From NCBI GenBank assembly GCA_050246755.1, contig JBFWVL010000001.1:960001-1024000 (forward strand): a DNA stretch of 64,000 nt, given 5' to 3'. The position numbers and the translations under genes were made by a program. Shown here piece after piece: positions 50,303 to 64,000 of this stretch. The stretch's first letter is position 1. The number at the start of each line of letters is the position of its first letter. Under the pieces are notes generated by a model that saw only the letters and a program-made list of their open reading frames with translations, searched no databases and had not been told where the DNA came from. The DNA comes from Bacteriovoracia bacterium (lineage in GTDB: Bacteria > Bdellovibrionota > UBA1018 > CAIPTA01).

Positions 50303-51025
50303 TTATTTAGCCGCTGGCTTCTTCGCATTGGCTTTTTTTATTGCCTTGGTAATACGAATAGTGCCGCTCTTACAGCCAGGAACCGCACCCTCAATAAGAA
50401 GAAGCTTGTTCTCAGCATCGTAAGCAAAAACTTTAAGGTTCTGCGTGGTTTGAGTCTCTTGGCCCATATGTCTGGCCATTTTGTGCCCAGGGAAAACGCG
50501 GCCAGGATCGGCGCGGTTACCAATGGAGCCAGGGCTACGGTGGGAAACAGAGTGACCGTGAGTGGCTGGCTGTCCGCCGAAGTTCCACATCTTCATTACG
50601 CCCTGAAAACCTTTACCCTTAGTCGTGCCCTGCACGTCAATCACAGTGCCGGGCTTCAAGAAATCGAGGCTAACCACAGATCCCACATTGATAGCAGCGT
50701 CGGCTTTCGGCAAGCGGAACTCTTCCACGTGATAGAAACCAGGAGATCCGGCTTTCTGAAAGTGACCCTTCGTAGCTTTGTTCACACGTTGCGCTTTTTT
50801 TGCACGAAACCCAAGCTGAACGCTATTGTAGCCTTCTTTTTCCTTCGTCTTTACTTGGGTCACAACAGTGCTCTCTTCCAAGCTCACCACAGTAACAGCA
50901 ACAGATAGACCATCGTCATTATAGATACGGGTCATTCCGGACTTAACGCCGTAAATTACAGGAATCGCCACTGCGGACTTTTCTGTTCCACCCGCAGCCT
51001 GATTTTCCATATTATTTTCGCTCAT
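50303..51025 (-). CDS. rplC: 50S ribosomal protein L3
   Basis: KGKGFQG, HRSPGSIG, GAVPG. Confidence 0.97.
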   Translation of the reverse strand: MSENNMENQAAGGTEKSAVAIPVIYGVKSGMTRIYNDDGLSVAVTVVSLEESTVVTQVKTKEKEGYNSVQLGFRAKKAQRVNKATKGHFQKAGSPGFYHVEEFRLPKADAAINVGSVVSLDFLKPGTVIDVQGTTKGKGFQGVMKMWNFGGQPATHGHSVSHRSPGSIGNRADPGRVFPGHKMARHMGQETQTTQNLKVFAYDAENKLLLIEGAVPGCKSGTIRITKAIKKANAKKPAAK

Positions 51026-51052
51026 AATTTCACTCCAAGAATCTCAATCCGA

Positions 51053-51357
51053 CTAGGACTTAATCTCTACGTCCACACCGGCCGAGAGATCGAGCTTCAT
51101 CAAAGAATCTACCGTTTGCTGGGTAGGCTCGAGGATGTCGATCAAGCGCTTGTGGGTACGAACTTCGAATTGTTCACGCGATTTTTTATCGATGTGAGGC
51201 GAACGAAGTACGGTGTACTTATTGATCACCGTCGGCAACGGAATCGGGCCGGCAACTTTCGCGCCGGTCTGCTTCGCGGTGTTTACGATCTCCCAAACAG
51301 ATTGATCGAGAACGCGGTGATCAAATGCTTTTAATTTAATGCGGATTTTAGTTTCCA

Positions 51358-51358
<1 letters not shown>
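51053..51358 (-). CDS. rpsJ: 30S ribosomal protein S10
   Basis: GPIPLPT, SREQFE; start overlaps the tuf stop (TAATG). Confidence 0.98.
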
Positions 51359-52548
<1,190 letters not shown>

Positions 52549-52591
52549 GACTACTAGCCTCCCTAAACAAAATACGTTAACTAAACAAAAT

Positions 52592-54679
52592 CTATTCAAT
52601 CCCAGTGATTCTATAGCGAATCTCTTTCGCTATAGCCGGGGCAACTAAATCGTAACGAGCCGGTTCCATTGTGTAACTAGCGCGACCCTGACTCATCGAC
52701 CGCAGTTTCGTCGAGTAGCCAAACATCTCTTTCAGCGGAACCTCGCTCTTGATCACCTGGATCCCAGAACGAGGATTCATGCTTAATACGCGCCCACGTC
52801 GACCGTTCAAGTCCCCTATAATTTCGCCCATACATTCATCAGGGGTGACGATCTCGCAGCTCATGATCGGCTCCAGCAAAACTGGCTTAGCTTTCTCACA
52901 TGCTGCTCTAAATGCTAGAGTTGAAGCGATTTTGAAGGCGATTTCGGAGGATTCAGCCTCTCGAAAGCTACCGTCGACCAATACAACCCGGATGTCCACT
53001 ATGGGAAATCCGGCAAAAACTCCTGCGTCCAGAGCTTCTATCACACCCTGTTTTACCGAGCCAATAAATTTTTCGGGGATTTTCAGAGGAGAACACTCGT
53101 TCGCGAACTCGAATCCGGCGCCCCGCGCCCGGGGAGAAATGCGCACTACGCAATGGCCGAAATGGTTCTTGCCGGCCATCACACGCTCTATTACGGAAGA
53201 ACCATCCGCCTCAGCCGAAATGGTTTCGCGATAAGATACCTGCGGACTGCCCACATTGGCGTCCACCTTGAACTCCCGCACCAGGCGGTCCCGAATGATC
53301 TCGAGGTGCAGCTCACCCATGCCGCTGATAAGCATTTGGCCCGTCTCGTCATTAGCAGAAACCTTGAAGGTGGGGTCTTCCAAAGATAACATCTCTAATG
53401 ATTTCTTTAACTTATCTGTATCGCCCTGAGTTTTGGGCTCAATCGCCATAGAAATCACTGGCTCGGGAAAGTCCATTTTTTCAAGCAAAATAGGTGAGTC
53501 TTCATCGCAAAGAGTGTCGCCGGTGGAGGTGAAACGCAGGCCAATGGCAGCTGCGATCTCCCCCGTACTAATTGACTGAATTTCTTCCCGCTTATTGGCA
53601 TGCATCAGCAACAGCTTAGAAACCTTCTCTTTACGGTTCTTGGAGGCGTTATGAGTGGCCCTCCCAACCTCGAGCTTGCCACTATAGACGCGAATAAAGG
53701 TGAGCACGCCCGAAAAGGAGTCATTAGCGATCTTAAAAGCCAGGGCCGAAAATGGCTCGGCGTCGGAAGGCTTGCGCTCAACTTCCTTATCAAGATCTTT
53801 AGGATCGTGGCCCTTCATTGGAGGCACATCGAGGGGAGAAGGAAGATAGGCAATAACCGCATCCAGCAACGCCTGCACGCCGATATTCTTGAAAGACGCC
53901 CCACAAGTAACTGGAATTAGCTTACCCGCAACGGCTCCCTTGCGAAGAGCGGCCACAATCTCCTGCTCGCTAATAGGTTCTTCCATGATAAATTTTTCGG
54001 CGAGTGAATCATCTACGGCAGTTACCTCGTCCATCAGCTTCGCCCGGGCGGCGGCGGCGGCTTCCTGGAGTTCCGAGGGGATTTCGGTTTCAGTAAACGT
54101 ATCGGCGGTGCTTCCGCTGGCCCATACGAATGCCTTCATTTTTACCAGGTCGATCAAGCCAGTGAACCTATCCTCGGCTCCGATCGGGATCTGAATCGGA
54201 ACAGGATTAGCGCGGAGCTTTTGGCGGATCTCTTCCACGACGGCCATGAAATCCGCACCAACTCTATCCATTTTATTTATATATGCAACTCGCGGCACAT
54301 GATAGCGATCGGCTTGCCGCCAAACAGTTTCGCTCTGTGGCTCGACGCCGCCGACGGCACAAAATACCGCCACAGCACCATCAAGCACACGCAAAGAGCG
54401 CTCAACCTCAATGGTGAAATCCACGTGCCCGGGGGTGTCGATAATATTGATTCGGTGGTCTTTCCACTGACACGTCGTAGCCGCGGCGGTAATGGTGATC
54501 CCGCGCTCTTGCTCTTGCGGCATCCAATCCATGGTAGCCGTGCCATCATGGACTTCCCCCAGGCGATGAACTTTTTTCGTATAGAAAAGAATGCGCTCAG
54601 TGGTGGTGGTCTTGCCGGCATCAATGTGGGCCATGATGCCGATATTGCGCATTGATTTTAGAGCGGCGGGGCTAGACAT
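52592..54679 (-). CDS. fusA: Elongation factor G, diverged (spdEFG2-like)
   Basis: [22 protein letters not shown]; domain IV loops degenerate. Confidence 0.93.
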   Translation of the reverse strand: MSSPAALKSMRNIGIMAHIDAGKTTTTERILFYTKKVHRLGEVHDGTATMDWMPQEQERGITITAAATTCQWKDHRINIIDTPGHVDFTIEVERSLRVLDGAVAVFCAVGGVEPQSETVWRQADRYHVPRVAYINKMDRVGADFMAVVEEIRQKLRANPVPIQIPIGAEDRFTGLIDLVKMKAFVWASGSTADTFTETEIPSELQEAAAAARAKLMDEVTAVDDSLAEKFIMEEPISEQEIVAALRKGAVAGKLIPVTCGASFKNIGVQALLDAVIAYLPSPLDVPPMKGHDPKDLDKEVERKPSDAEPFSALAFKIANDSFSGVLTFIRVYSGKLEVGRATHNASKNRKEKVSKLLLMHANKREEIQSISTGEIAAAIGLRFTSTGDTLCDEDSPILLEKMDFPEPVISMAIEPKTQGDTDKLKKSLEMLSLEDPTFKVSANDETGQMLISGMGELHLEIIRDRLVREFKVDANVGSPQVSYRETISAEADGSSVIERVMAGKNHFGHCVVRISPRARGAGFEFANECSPLKIPEKFIGSVKQGVIEALDAGVFAGFPIVDIRVVLVDGSFREAESSEIAFKIASTLAFRAACEKAKPVLLEPIMSCEIVTPDECMGEIIGDLNGRRGRVLSMNPRSGIQVIKSEVPLKEMFGYSTKLRSMSQGRASYTMEPARYDLVAPAIAKEIRYRITGIE

Positions 54680-54737
54680 ACATATGTGCGGCAGTATCTC
54701 GTGAGACTTGCCGCAACCTCTTAGTAAAAAAACATAC

Positions 54738-54767
54738 AAAAAAGCCCGCGGCACTTGCGGGCTTTTT
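54738..54767 (-). terminator. Intrinsic terminator between rpsG and fusA
   Basis: AAAAA-GCCCGC-AAGTGCC-GCGGGC-TTTTTT. Confidence 0.8.
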
Positions 54768-54778
54768 CGGAAAAAAAT

Positions 54779-55252
54779 CTAGAAACGGAAATGGGAGAAA
54801 GCTTTATTTGCTTCAGCCATACGATGCACGTCTTCACGACGCTTAATCGCTCCACCACGCATCTGGAAAGCATCCATGAACTCGCCGGCAAGGCGCTCTC
54901 TCATGCTTTTCTCGGTGCGTTTACGTGCAAATTCAATAATCCAGCGAGATGAAAGCGATTGGCGACGGGAAGGACGAACCTCTACGGGAACTTGGTAGTT
55001 GGCACCACCCACGCGACGGCTTTTTACTTCCACGTGCGGCTTAACATTATCGATCGCCTTCTTAAAAACTTTAAGGGGATCTTCACCATTCATTTTTTCT
55101 TGAATGATATCAAGGGAGCCGTAAAGGATTCCCTCGGCTACGGATTTTTTTCCGCCACGCATGAGAGCGTTAACGAATTTCGTGATCACGAGATCATGAA
55201 ATTTTGGATCCGGGATAATTTCTCTTTTAGCGATAACTTTTTTACGACCCAC
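54779..55252 (-). CDS. rpsG: 30S ribosomal protein S7
   Basis: [21 protein letters not shown]. Confidence 0.98.
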   Translation of the reverse strand: MGRKKVIAKREIIPDPKFHDLVITKFVNALMRGGKKSVAEGILYGSLDIIQEKMNGEDPLKVFKKAIDNVKPHVEVKSRRVGGANYQVPVEVRPSRRQSLSSRWIIEFARKRTEKSMRERLAGEFMDAFQMRGGAIKRREDVHRMAEANKAFSHFRF

Positions 55253-55295
55253 TGATACTCCTAGTAAATTTCTTGGTCAGCCCTTGGCTTCCTAA

Positions 55296-55676
55296 TTAAG
55301 TAGATTTAGCAGGGCGCTTCGCGCCGTACTTAGAGCGACTTTGTTTACGGTTCGCAACGCCTTGAGCATCGAGAGTTCCGCGAATGGTATGGTAACGAAC
55401 GCCGGGAAGATCTTTTACCCGGCCGCCGCGAATCAAAACAATGGAGTGCTCTTGCAGATTATGGCCGATACCAGGGATATAGCTGGAAACTTCCATCCCG
55501 TTGGTAAGGCGAACCCGGCAAACTTTCCGCAAGGCGGAGTTCGGTTTCTTAGGAGTGGTGGTATAAACACGAGTACAAACACCACGCTTTTGTGGGCACG
55601 CTTTAAGGGCGGGCGATGCAGTACGCACGCGCTTGTCGTGTCTTCCCTTTTTGATCAGTTGGCTAATTGTCGGCAT
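55296..55676 (-). CDS. rpsL: 30S ribosomal protein S12
   Basis: [20 protein letters not shown]. Confidence 0.99.
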   Translation of the reverse strand: MPTISQLIKKGRHDKRVRTASPALKACPQKRGVCTRVYTTTPKKPNSALRKVCRVRLTNGMEVSSYIPGIGHNLQEHSIVLIRGGRVKDLPGVRYHTIRGTLDAQGVANRKQSRSKYGAKRPAKST

Positions 55677-55701
55677 CCGGTCATTTCCTTCTTGAGGCTT
55701 G

Positions 55702-55731
55702 TCTATAGCAAGCTTCCTTTTAGAGCGTCAA
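55702..55731 (-). promoter_or_regulatory. Putative sigma70 promoter of the str operon
   Basis: TTGACG-N18-TATAGA with TG extension, upstream of rpsL. Confidence 0.5.
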
Positions 55732-55744
55732 GTGAATCCAAATC

Positions 55745-58700
55745 TTAGATTAGGGCCGACGGGTGCTCGGCACCGGCCGTCTCCTTCTCGAGATCTTCGT
55801 CTTCGCCTAACTCTTGGTTATCTACTTCAATATCATAGCCTTTGTACTGGGCTAGGCCCGTTCCCGCAGGAATTAGGCGTCCCATGATCACGTTCTCTTT
55901 CAGGCCGCGGAGGTAGTCGGTCTTACCTGCCAAAGCCGCTTCGGTAAGTACCTTAGTGGTTTCTTGGAAGGAAGAAGCCGAGATAAAGCTGAAAGTAGAA
56001 AGCGATGCCTTGGTAATACCGAGGAGTACCGACTCAAACTGAGCCGGACGACCGCCATCGGCGAGTACCCTAGCGTTTTCTTCTAACGAAGCCGCGCGAT
56101 CGATCGTTTCACCGATGATATACGTGGAATCGCCAACATCCGTTACTTTCACTTTCCGCAACATTTGACGAACGATCGTCTCAATGTGTTTATCGTTAAT
56201 TTTCACACCTTGAAGGCGGTATACTTCTTGGATCTGATCCACGAGGTAACGAGCCAAGGTAGCGTCGCCCTTAACACGTAAAATGTCGTGCGGGTTAATG
56301 GGGCCGTCGATGAGAGCTTCACCGGCGCGAACGTAGTCGCCCTCGTTGATCACGAGATGGCGGCCTTTCGGTACCAAGTATTCCACCGGCTCTTTACCAG
56401 TAGAAGAATCAGGACTAACGATAATCTTACGCTTACCCTTGGTATCCTTACCGAAGGAGATCGTTCCGTCGATTTCCGTGATGATCGCGGAATCTTTCGG
56501 TTTACGAGCTTCGAAAAGTTCGGCCACGCGAGGAAGACCCCCGGTGATATCCGTCGTTTTCGTGGTTTCACGAGAAATCTTAGCTACCACGTCGCCGGAG
56601 TGGATCTCGTCGCCGCTTTGAACCGGTACCACCGCACCCACCGGCAACATGTACACGGCCTTACGGTTCGAGCCGGTGATGAGCGCGGGCTCACCCTTTG
56701 CGTCTACAATAATAATTTTCGGACGTTTTTCTGTCTTGGTTTCAATCACCACTCGGTGGGAGAGACCAGTAACAGGGTCGAATTGCTCTTGCGTGGTTAC
56801 GGAATCTTCGAGGTCTTCAAATTTCACGAAACCAGAGGCTTCCGTGAGAATCGGTACCGAGTAAGGGTCCCATTCGGCGAGTTTAGCACCACCAACTACG
56901 CTATCGCCCTCTTTCACCACGAGCTTGGCTCCGTAAACGACAGGGTAACGCTCAATCTCGCGCCCTTCAGGCGTAACGATCGCAATTTCGGCTTGACGAT
57001 TCATAACCGTCATAGATCCACCGCGGTTCTTAACCTGAACAAGACTATGGAACTTCACGATACCTTTGGCTTTCGCCTCTACGGTAGCGGCTTCTACGCG
57101 TCTGCTTGCGGTACCACCCACGTGGAAAGTACGCATGGTCAGCTGGGTTCCAGGTTCACCGATGGACTGAGCGGCGATTACGCCCACGGTCTCACCGATA
57201 TTTACTAATGATCCGCGGCTGAGGTCACGTCCGTAGCAAAGTACGCAAGTTCCCATTTTCGATTTGCAAGTTAGTACCGAACGAATCTTAATACGGTCGA
57301 TTCCGGCTTTTTCAATCTCGAGAACAGTGCTTTCGGCGATTTCCGTGCCGGCTTTCGCGATGATGTTCGTAGTAATCGGATCCACAAGGTCTTCGAGCGT
57401 TACGCGGCCAAGGATACGGTCACCGAGCTTCTCGATGATCTCGCCGCCTTCGATCAATGCGCTTACCCAAACACCCTCGGTGGTTTGGCAATCTTCTTCC
57501 AAGATCACCATGTCCTGAGAAACGTCCACGAGACGGCGCGTAAGGTAACCGGAGTTAGCGGTTTTCAAGGCGGTATCGGCAAGACCTTTGCGGGCACCGT
57601 GCGTGGAAGTAAAATACTGGAGTACCGTCAGACCTTCACGGAAGTTAGCCGTGATGGGCGTTTCGATGATCTCACCAGATGGTTTCGCCATGAGTCCGCG
57701 CATACCGCAGAGCTGACGAATCTGAGCGTTGGAACCCCGGGCTCCGGAGTCGGCCATCATGTGAATCGGGTTGAAGCTGGAAACTTCTACTTTATCGCCT
57801 TTTTCAGAAACGATGGTCTCTGTTCCAATTTTTTTCATCAACTCGGTGGCGATGCCTTCAGACGTTTGCGCCCAAATATCGATCACCTTGTTATAGCGCT
57901 CGCCGTCGGTGATAAGACCTTCGATGTACTGGTTATCAATCTCTTGAACTTGCTTATAACCCGCGTCGAGAAGCACTTGCTTCTTCTCGGGAATAATCAT
58001 GTCGTGGATGGAGATCGAAGTACCAGCGGCAGTAGATCGCTTGTAACCAAGGCTCATCAAGTTATCGGCCAGCACCACCGTGTCTTTGTTCGTAGAGAGA
58101 CGGAAAGTCTTGTCGATGAGATCGGCCAAGGATTTTTTATCCATGGCGCGGTTGTAGCCGGCGAAAGGAATAGCTTCCGGAACGATTTCGGAAAGCAATG
58201 CGCGCCCTACGGTCGTTTCGTGAACCTTGCCTTGAATGCGGCACTTGATTTTCGCGTGGATATCGAGCTCGCCTACCGAGTGGGCGTAGTTCACTTCCAT
58301 TGGGCTCGAGAAAGTGCGGCCTTCGCCGAGGGCGAAAGGACGATCACGAGTCATGTCGTAAAGACCGAGTACGATATCCTGCGAAGGAACGATGATCGGC
58401 TTGCCGTTGGCGGGCGAAAGAACGTTGTTCGTGGACATCATGAGCACCCGGCACTCGATCTGCGCCTCTAGCGAGAGCGGTACGTGTACGGCCATTTGGT
58501 CCCCATCGAAATCGGCGTTAAAAGCCGCGCAAACAAGAGGATGCAATTGGATCGCTTTACCTTCAATGAGAATAGGCTCGAACGCTTGAATACCAAGGCG
58601 GTGCAGCGTGGGAGCGCGGTTCAGAAGAACCGGGTGCTCTTTCACGATTTCTTCGAGAATATCCCAAACTTCAGGACGCTCGCGCTCAACCATCTTCTTG

Positions 58701-59887
58701 GCAGACTTGATGGTGGTTACGAAGCCGTACTCGGAAAGCTTATTGTAGATGAAGGGCTTGAAGAGCTCGAGTGCCATCTTCTTGGGAAGACCGCACTGGT
58801 GCAGTTTCAACTCAGGACCAACCACGATAACGGAACGGCCAGAGTAGTCTACGCGCTTACCGAGCAAGTTCTGACGGAAACGACCTTGCTTGCCCTTGAG
58901 CATATCAGAAAGAGAGCGCAGAGGACGCTTGTTGGGGCCAGTGAAGGTTTTACCACGGCGTCCGTTATCGAAAAGGGCATCCACGGCTTCTTGAAGCATG
59001 CGCTTCTCGTTGCGGATGATGATATCGGGAGCGTTGAGCTCAATGAGGCGCTTCAAACGGTTGTTACGGTTGATTACGCGACGATAAAGATCGTTGAGAT
59101 CGGAAGTGGCGAAACGGCCACCTTCGAGGGGAACAAGAGGGCGCAATTCCGGCGGAATCACGGGAATGCACTCGAGCATCATCCACTCAGGGCGGTTATT
59201 CGATTGCTTCAAAGCTTCAAATACTTTGAGGCGCTTGATAAGCTTGGTACGAACGGCTTCGGAAAGATTGGACTTCAACTCTTTGCGGAGCTGACGAGCC
59301 ATAAGCTCTACATCGGTTTTCTTGAGTAACTCGAGAACGGCCTCGCCGCCCATTTCGGCGCGGAAGGTTTTATTTTCAGTTACAAGCTCGGCGTATTTAT
59401 CTTCGCTGATGATTGATTTCTCGGTGAGGCCAGTATCTCCTGGCTCAACCACGATATAGGCTTCGCAATAGAGAACTTTTTCGATCTCTTTCAAGGTTAA
59501 GTCGAGAACAGCCGCAATACGGCTAGGCAACGAACGCAAGAACCAGATATGGGCTACGGGGGTGGCGAGCTCAATATGGCCCAGACGCTCACGACGCACC
59601 TTCGATTGGGTTACTTCTACGCCACACTTCTCGCAGATTACTCCGCGATACTTCATGCGCTTATACTTACCGCAAAGGCATTCGTAATCCTTGATCGGGC
59701 CAAAGATCTTCGCGCAGAACAAGCCATCACGCTCGGGCTTGAACGTACGGTAGTTGATCGTCTCCGGCTTCTTCACTTCCCCAAACGACCACTTCCGGAT
59801 CATCTCGGCACTCGCGATGGAAATTTTCACCGCGGTAAAGCTGAGAGGATCTTTCGGTTTGTCGAAGAAATTAAGCAAATCTTTCAC
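55745..59887 (-). CDS. rpoC: RNA polymerase beta' subunit
   Basis: NADFDGD, zinc-finger cysteines, QLTMRTFH. Confidence 0.99.
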   Translation of the reverse strand: MKDLLNFFDKPKDPLSFTAVKISIASAEMIRKWSFGEVKKPETINYRTFKPERDGLFCAKIFGPIKDYECLCGKYKRMKYRGVICEKCGVEVTQSKVRRERLGHIELATPVAHIWFLRSLPSRIAAVLDLTLKEIEKVLYCEAYIVVEPGDTGLTEKSIISEDKYAELVTENKTFRAEMGGEAVLELLKKTDVELMARQLRKELKSNLSEAVRTKLIKRLKVFEALKQSNNRPEWMMLECIPVIPPELRPLVPLEGGRFATSDLNDLYRRVINRNNRLKRLIELNAPDIIIRNEKRMLQEAVDALFDNGRRGKTFTGPNKRPLRSLSDMLKGKQGRFRQNLLGKRVDYSGRSVIVVGPELKLHQCGLPKKMALELFKPFIYNKLSEYGFVTTIKSAKKMVERERPEVWDILEEIVKEHPVLLNRAPTLHRLGIQAFEPILIEGKAIQLHPLVCAAFNADFDGDQMAVHVPLSLEAQIECRVLMMSTNNVLSPANGKPIIVPSQDIVLGLYDMTRDRPFALGEGRTFSSPMEVNYAHSVGELDIHAKIKCRIQGKVHETTVGRALLSEIVPEAIPFAGYNRAMDKKSLADLIDKTFRLSTNKDTVVLADNLMSLGYKRSTAAGTSISIHDMIIPEKKQVLLDAGYKQVQEIDNQYIEGLITDGERYNKVIDIWAQTSEGIATELMKKIGTETIVSEKGDKVEVSSFNPIHMMADSGARGSNAQIRQLCGMRGLMAKPSGEIIETPITANFREGLTVLQYFTSTHGARKGLADTALKTANSGYLTRRLVDVSQDMVILEEDCQTTEGVWVSALIEGGEIIEKLGDRILGRVTLEDLVDPITTNIIAKAGTEIAESTVLEIEKAGIDRIKIRSVLTCKSKMGTCVLCYGRDLSRGSLVNIGETVGVIAAQSIGEPGTQLTMRTFHVGGTASRRVEAATVEAKAKGIVKFHSLVQVKNRGGSMTVMNRQAEIAIVTPEGREIERYPVVYGAKLVVKEGDSVVGGAKLAEWDPYSVPILTEASGFVKFEDLEDSVTTQEQFDPVTGLSHRVVIETKTEKRPKIIIVDAKGEPALITGSNRKAVYMLPVGAVVPVQSGDEIHSGDVVAKISRETTKTTDITGGLPRVAELFEARKPKDSAIITEIDGTISFGKDTKGKRKIIVSPDSSTGKEPVEYLVPKGRHLVINEGDYVRAGEALIDGPINPHDILRVKGDATLARYLVDQIQEVYRLQGVKINDKHIETIVRQMLRKVKVTDVGDSTYIIGETIDRAASLEENARVLADGGRPAQFESVLLGITKASLSTFSFISASSFQETTKVLTEAALAGKTDYLRGLKENVIMGRLIPAGTGLAQYKGYDIEVDNQELGEDEDLEKETAGAEHPSALI

Positions 59888-59936
59888 GTCTACCTCTATT
59901 CGAAACTGTTAAACCTTCAAAAACTTTTTCTATGGC

Positions 59937-62900
59937 TTACTTCTCAGCCATCTCAACTAGCTCTACGTTAAGCGCCAGCGACTGGAGCTCTTTCGTGAGT
60001 ACGTTGAAGGACTCAGGCAACCCTGGCTCAAGCACGCGCTCACCCTTAACGATGGCTTCGTACATGCGGTTACGTCCGGTAACGTCGTCTGATTTCACCG
60101 TGAGCATTTCTTGGAGCGTGTAGGCTGCGCCGTACGCCTCAAGCGCCCACACTTCCATCTCTCCGAGGCGCTGACCGCCGAGCTGGGCTTTACCACCCAG
60201 AGGCTGCTGCGTAACGAGAGAGTAAGGACCGATCGAACGAGCATGGATTTTTTCGTCCACCAAGTGGTGCAGCTTCAGCATGTACATCACGCCGACCGTT
60301 ACATCCTGGGCGAAAACCTCGCCGGTCATACCGTCGTAGAGGGTAAATTTATTGTCTTCCGGATGCTGAGCCGTGCGAAGGAGCGACTTAATGTCTTCCT
60401 CGTTAGCGGAATCAAACACGGGAGTAGCAATGCGAATACCGTCTTTCAACGAAGCGGCAATGCGCTTCAGCTCATCGTCACTAGCGGTTTCGATGTGTTT
60501 GTCCACTTCGGCGCTAGAGTAGATGCTCTTCAAGGTTTTGCGAATCTCGGCAGCGGGCGAATGCTTTTCGAGCATTTCGTTGATTTTGTCCCCAACACCC
60601 CAGCAAGCGCCGCCGAGCATAAGCTCGAGTAGCTGACCGATGTTCATACGGCTAGGTACGCCGAGCGGGTTCAAAACCATGTCTACCGGACGGCCATCCG
60701 CTAGGAATGGCATGTCTTCTTCGGGAACGATCTTGGAAACAACCCCTTTGTTACCGTGACGGCCGGCCATCTTATCGCCCACTTGAATGCGGCGCTTAAT
60801 TGCCAGAGTAACTTTAACCATCTTGATAACGCCAGGCGCAAGCTCATCGCCGCGCTTCATACGTTCAGCACGTTCTTTGAAAACGGCTCGAATCATATCG
60901 AGCTTGGTCTTTGTGGTTTGCATGAAGGTAGTGAGTTCATCTTCGAGAGCTTGTTTGAGAGGAATGAAGCCCAAGAGTTCGAACTGAATATTACGCAGCT
61001 TCTCTACGGTGATTTCTTCGCCCTTCTCGAGCAAGGTTACGGAACCGTCTTCAGAAAGCAATTTGCCCGTGGTTTTCTCACCAGCCAAAAGCTTAGCGAG
61101 TTTTTCGAGGGCATTATTGCGGATCGCATCGATCTCAACTTTTTCGTCGCGGCGAAGGTTGGAAATTTGCGCTTCCAAAATCTGGACGCTGCGGTCATCC
61201 GGTTCAGTTCCTTCGCGGGCGAATACTTGGGCGCCGATTACGGTGCCGAATATTCCCGTGGGAACACGGAGGGAAGTATCACGAACGTCGCCGGCTTTTT
61301 CACCGAAGATCGCGCGCAATAGTTTCTCTTCGGGAGAGAGCTGGGTCTCACCCTTGGGAGTAACTTTACCGACGAGGATGTCTCCCGGCTTCACTTCCGC
61401 ACCGATGCGGATGATACCGGAGGAATCGAGGTCTTTGAGGGCCTCTTCACCTACGTTCGGAATATCGCGGGTAATCTCTTCTTTGCCGAGCTTGGTATCG
61501 CGGGCAATACATTCGAATTCCTGGATGTGAATCGAGGTGAAGGTATCGGCCTTGATCAAGTTCTCGTTCAAGATGATCGAGTCTTCGAAGTTGTAACCAT
61601 TCCAAGGCATGAAGGCCACTTTGATGTTTTGGCCAAGGGCCAATTCACCCGCGTGGGTGCCTGGTCCATCGGCAATCACGTCGCCTTTTTTCACTTTGTC
61701 ACCGATGCGCACGAGGGGCATCTGGTTCCAGCAAGTGTCTTGGTTAGAGCGTTGGTATTTAATGAGACTGTAAATATCGATATCGGAATCGATTTCCTTG
61801 GTCTCTTTTTTACCAGGAACTGCGTCACGCTTAACCACGATACGAGCCCCGTCTACCTTGATTACTTCACCGGCATTCAGCGCGGTAACGGTAGAACCGG
61901 AATCTTTAGCTACGATACGCTCTACGCCCGTGCCCACGAGAGGCGAACGAGTTTTGAGGAGCGGCACGGCCTGACGTTGCATGTTCGAACCCATGAGGGC
62001 GCGGTTAGCATCGTCATGCTCGAGAAACGGAATCAAAGAAGCGGCTACCGACACGAGTTGGTCGGGCGCAACGTCCATCAATTCTACTTCTTCGGGATGA
62101 ACCATCGCGAAGTCGCCTTTACGGCGGGCAGCCGCAAGATCGCCTTCTTTGAAGCGCGATTCTTTGAGAACCTTCATGCTCACCTGAGCAATTACTTTGT
62201 TCTCTTCTTCGGTAGCCGTGAAGTAGCGGATTTCGTCGGTGATCTTGTTCTCCTTCACCACGCGGTAAGGCGTCTCAATGAAACCGTATTGGTTCACGCG
62301 AGCGTAGGAAGAAAGGGAGGAGATAAGACCGATGTTCGGACCTTCGGGCGTCTCAATCGGGCAGATGCGGCCGTAGTGAGTAGCGTGAACGTCGCGCACT
62401 TCGAAACCTGCGCGCTCGCGAGTAAGACCGCCGGGACCAAGGGCCGAAAGACGGCGCTTGTGGGTTACTTCGGAAAGCGGGTTCGTTTGGTCCATGAACT
62501 GAGATAGCTGAGAAGATCCGAAGAACTCCTTCACCACCGCGCTCACGGGCTTCTGGTTGATCAGATCATGCGGCATCAGGGTTTCGATTTCCTGCAATGC
62601 CATACGCTCTTTGATCGCGCGCTCCATGCGTACGAGACCGATGCGGTATTGGTTCTCGAGCAACTCACCCACTGCGCGAACACGGCGGTTACCAAGGTGA
62701 TCGATATCGTCGATCACGCCGGCGCCGTTATTCAGGTCGCAGAGGTACTTCATCGTGGCGATGATATCGGCGTTCGTGAGCGTGGTTTTATCGCCAGGAA
62801 TTCCGAGGTGCGGGAATTTATAGTTGATTTTCAAGCGGCCCACGTTCGAAAGATCGTAACGGTCCGGATTGAAGAACATATTTTCGAACAGCTCTTTAGC

Positions 62901-64000
62901 AGCTTCAATCGTTGGCGGATCACCGGGACGCATACGACGGTAGATCTCGATCAATGCCTCTTCTTGAGAGGTCATTTTGTCGGCGATCAGGGTGTCGCGG
63001 ATAAAGGAGCCCACGGTGATAGGATCGGTAAAGATCACTTTCACTTTTTTGAGCTGTTTCATGAGCTTTTTAACAAGCTCTTCGCTGAGCTCGGTGTTGG
63101 CCTCTACCAAAACTTCGCCGGTCTTCGGATCCACGTGATCTTCCGAAATTACACGGCCAACAATTTGCTCCATCGGGATTTCGATGCGCTTGAGGCCGGA
63201 TTCACGAACTTTATCCACCACGGCTTTGGTGTATTTACGGTTCTTCTTAACGAGAACATCGCCCGTTTTCGGGTGGATGAGATCCTCGTCGGCACGCTGA
63301 CCGAGCATGAGATCGAAGTCGAGTTCACGGGAAACTTTTTCTTTATCGAAAGTGAAAGTTTCTACGTTGTAGAAAGTATTGAGGATCTCTTGAACCGACA
63401 TGCCCAGGGCGCGCAAGATGATCGTGCCGTGGAACTTACGTTTACGGTCGATGCGGGCCCAGAGGATGTCTTTGTGGTCGAATTCGAAATCGAGCCAAGA
63501 TCCGCGGTGCGGAATGATGCGGGCGCTATAAAGTAGCTTTCCACTGGAATGAGTTTTTCCGTAGTCATGATCGAAAATCACGCCGGGCGAACGGTGAAGC
63601 TGGGAAACGATTACACGCTCGGTACCGTTAACGATAAAGGAACCAGCGTCCGTCATGAGCGGAATTTCGCCCATGTAAACTTCTTGCTCTTTAATGTCGC
63701 GAATATTGCGGTTGCCGGTGCTCTCATCAACATCGAACACGATGAGGCGAACGGTGATTTTCAGGGGGGCCGCGTAAGTCATGCCGCGCTGGCGGCACTC
63801 CCGCACATCGTACTTAGGCGCTTCGAGTACGTAAGAATCAAACTCAAGGTTCGCCGTCTTATTGAAATCTTCAATCGGGAAAACCGAATGAAAGGAGGCC
63901 TGCAAACCAGTAGTTTTACGCTTGCTGGGCTCAACATCCATCTGCAAGAAATCGTGGTACGACTTCTTTTGCAGCTCGATGAGATCTGGGATTTCAATGC
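59937..64000 (-). CDS. rpoB: RNA polymerase beta subunit (5'-truncated by window edge)
   Basis: [39 protein letters not shown]. Confidence 0.99.
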   Translation of the reverse strand, partial: IEIPDLIELQKKSYHDFLQMDVEPSKRKTTGLQASFHSVFPIEDFNKTANLEFDSYVLEAPKYDVRECRQRGMTYAAPLKITVRLIVFDVDESTGNRNIRDIKEQEVYMGEIPLMTDAGSFIVNGTERVIVSQLHRSPGVIFDHDYGKTHSSGKLLYSARIIPHRGSWLDFEFDHKDILWARIDRKRKFHGTIILRALGMSVQEILNTFYNVETFTFDKEKVSRELDFDLMLGQRADEDLIHPKTGDVLVKKNRKYTKAVVDKVRESGLKRIEIPMEQIVGRVISEDHVDPKTGEVLVEANTELSEELVKKLMKQLKKVKVIFTDPITVGSFIRDTLIADKMTSQEEALIEIYRRMRPGDPPTIEAAKELFENMFFNPDRYDLSNVGRLKINYKFPHLGIPGDKTTLTNADIIATMKYLCDLNNGAGVIDDIDHLGNRRVRAVGELLENQYRIGLVRMERAIKERMALQEIETLMPHDLINQKPVSAVVKEFFGSSQLSQFMDQTNPLSEVTHKRRLSALGPGGLTRERAGFEVRDVHATHYGRICPIETPEGPNIGLISSLSSYARVNQYGFIETPYRVVKENKITDEIRYFTATEEENKVIAQVSMKVLKESRFKEGDLAAARRKGDFAMVHPEEVELMDVAPDQLVSVAASLIPFLEHDDANRALMGSNMQRQAVPLLKTRSPLVGTGVERIVAKDSGSTVTALNAGEVIKVDGARIVVKRDAVPGKKETKEIDSDIDIYSLIKYQRSNQDTCWNQMPLVRIGDKVKKGDVIADGPGTHAGELALGQNIKVAFMPWNGYNFEDSIILNENLIKADTFTSIHIQEFECIARDTKLGKEEITRDIPNVGEEALKDLDSSGIIRIGAEVKPGDILVGKVTPKGETQLSPEEKLLRAIFGEKAGDVRDTSLRVPTGIFGTVIGAQVFAREGTEPDDRSVQILEAQISNLRRDEKVEIDAIRNNALEKLAKLLAGEKTTGKLLSEDGSVTLLEKGEEITVEKLRNIQFELLGFIPLKQALEDELTTFMQTTKTKLDMIRAVFKERAERMKRGDELAPGVIKMVKVTLAIKRRIQVGDKMAGRHGNKGVVSKIVPEEDMPFLADGRPVDMVLNPLGVPSRMNIGQLLELMLGGACWGVGDKINEMLEKHSPAAEIRKTLKSIYSSAEVDKHIETASDDELKRIAASLKDGIRIATPVFDSANEEDIKSLLRTAQHPEDNKFTLYDGMTGEVFAQDVTVGVMYMLKLHHLVDEKIHARSIGPYSLVTQQPLGGKAQLGGQRLGEMEVWALEAYGAAYTLQEMLTVKSDDVTGRNRMYEAIVKGERVLEPGLPESFNVLTKELQSLALNVELVEMAEK

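Noticed and set aside
55296-62530. Streptomycin or rifampicin resistance alleles in rpsL/rpoB
   Set aside because: S12 PKKPNS and RVKDLP and RpoB cluster I ([16 protein letters not shown]) look wild type
56288-63536. Long (280-330 aa) plus-strand ORFs opposite rpoB/rpoC, and similar ones opposite ribosomal protein genes
   Set aside because: Antisense shadows caused by codon bias of highly expressed genes; no SDs or recognisable motifs

Overview
Bacterial chromosomal window, most likely Bdellovibrionota (inferred from the RpoC N-terminus [17 protein letters not shown], a diverged str-operon EF-G, a CpaF ATPase and a DsbA lipoprotein). The right ~27 kb (36.7-64 kb, minus strand) is the contiguous rpoBC-str-S10-spc-alpha super-cluster. 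It has three peculiarities: rplX (uL24) is absent, fusA is diverged and sits behind an intrinsic terminator, and several ribosomal proteins carry Ala/Pro/Lys-rich extensions. The middle (9-36 kb) holds housekeeping and envelope genes: hup, a short recQ, GT2s, ugd, ssb, dsbA, pyk, mutS, recJ, queA-tgt-yajC and cpaF. It also contains a candidate sigma54/IHF-driven small RNA at ~17.75-17.92 kb and several apparently leaderless genes. The left 8.8 kb, next to the 3' end of tRNA-Leu(UAA), is the most novel-looking part. It encodes three 'twitch/SPASM-first' radical SAM proteins interleaved with a GtrB-like GT2, an NDP-sugar epimerase/reductase and a GT-C-like membrane protein. Two adjacent proteins there share a conserved C-terminal basic amphipathic tag. 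No CRISPR array, rRNA, transposase or integrase was seen. All calls were made by eye, without database searches.
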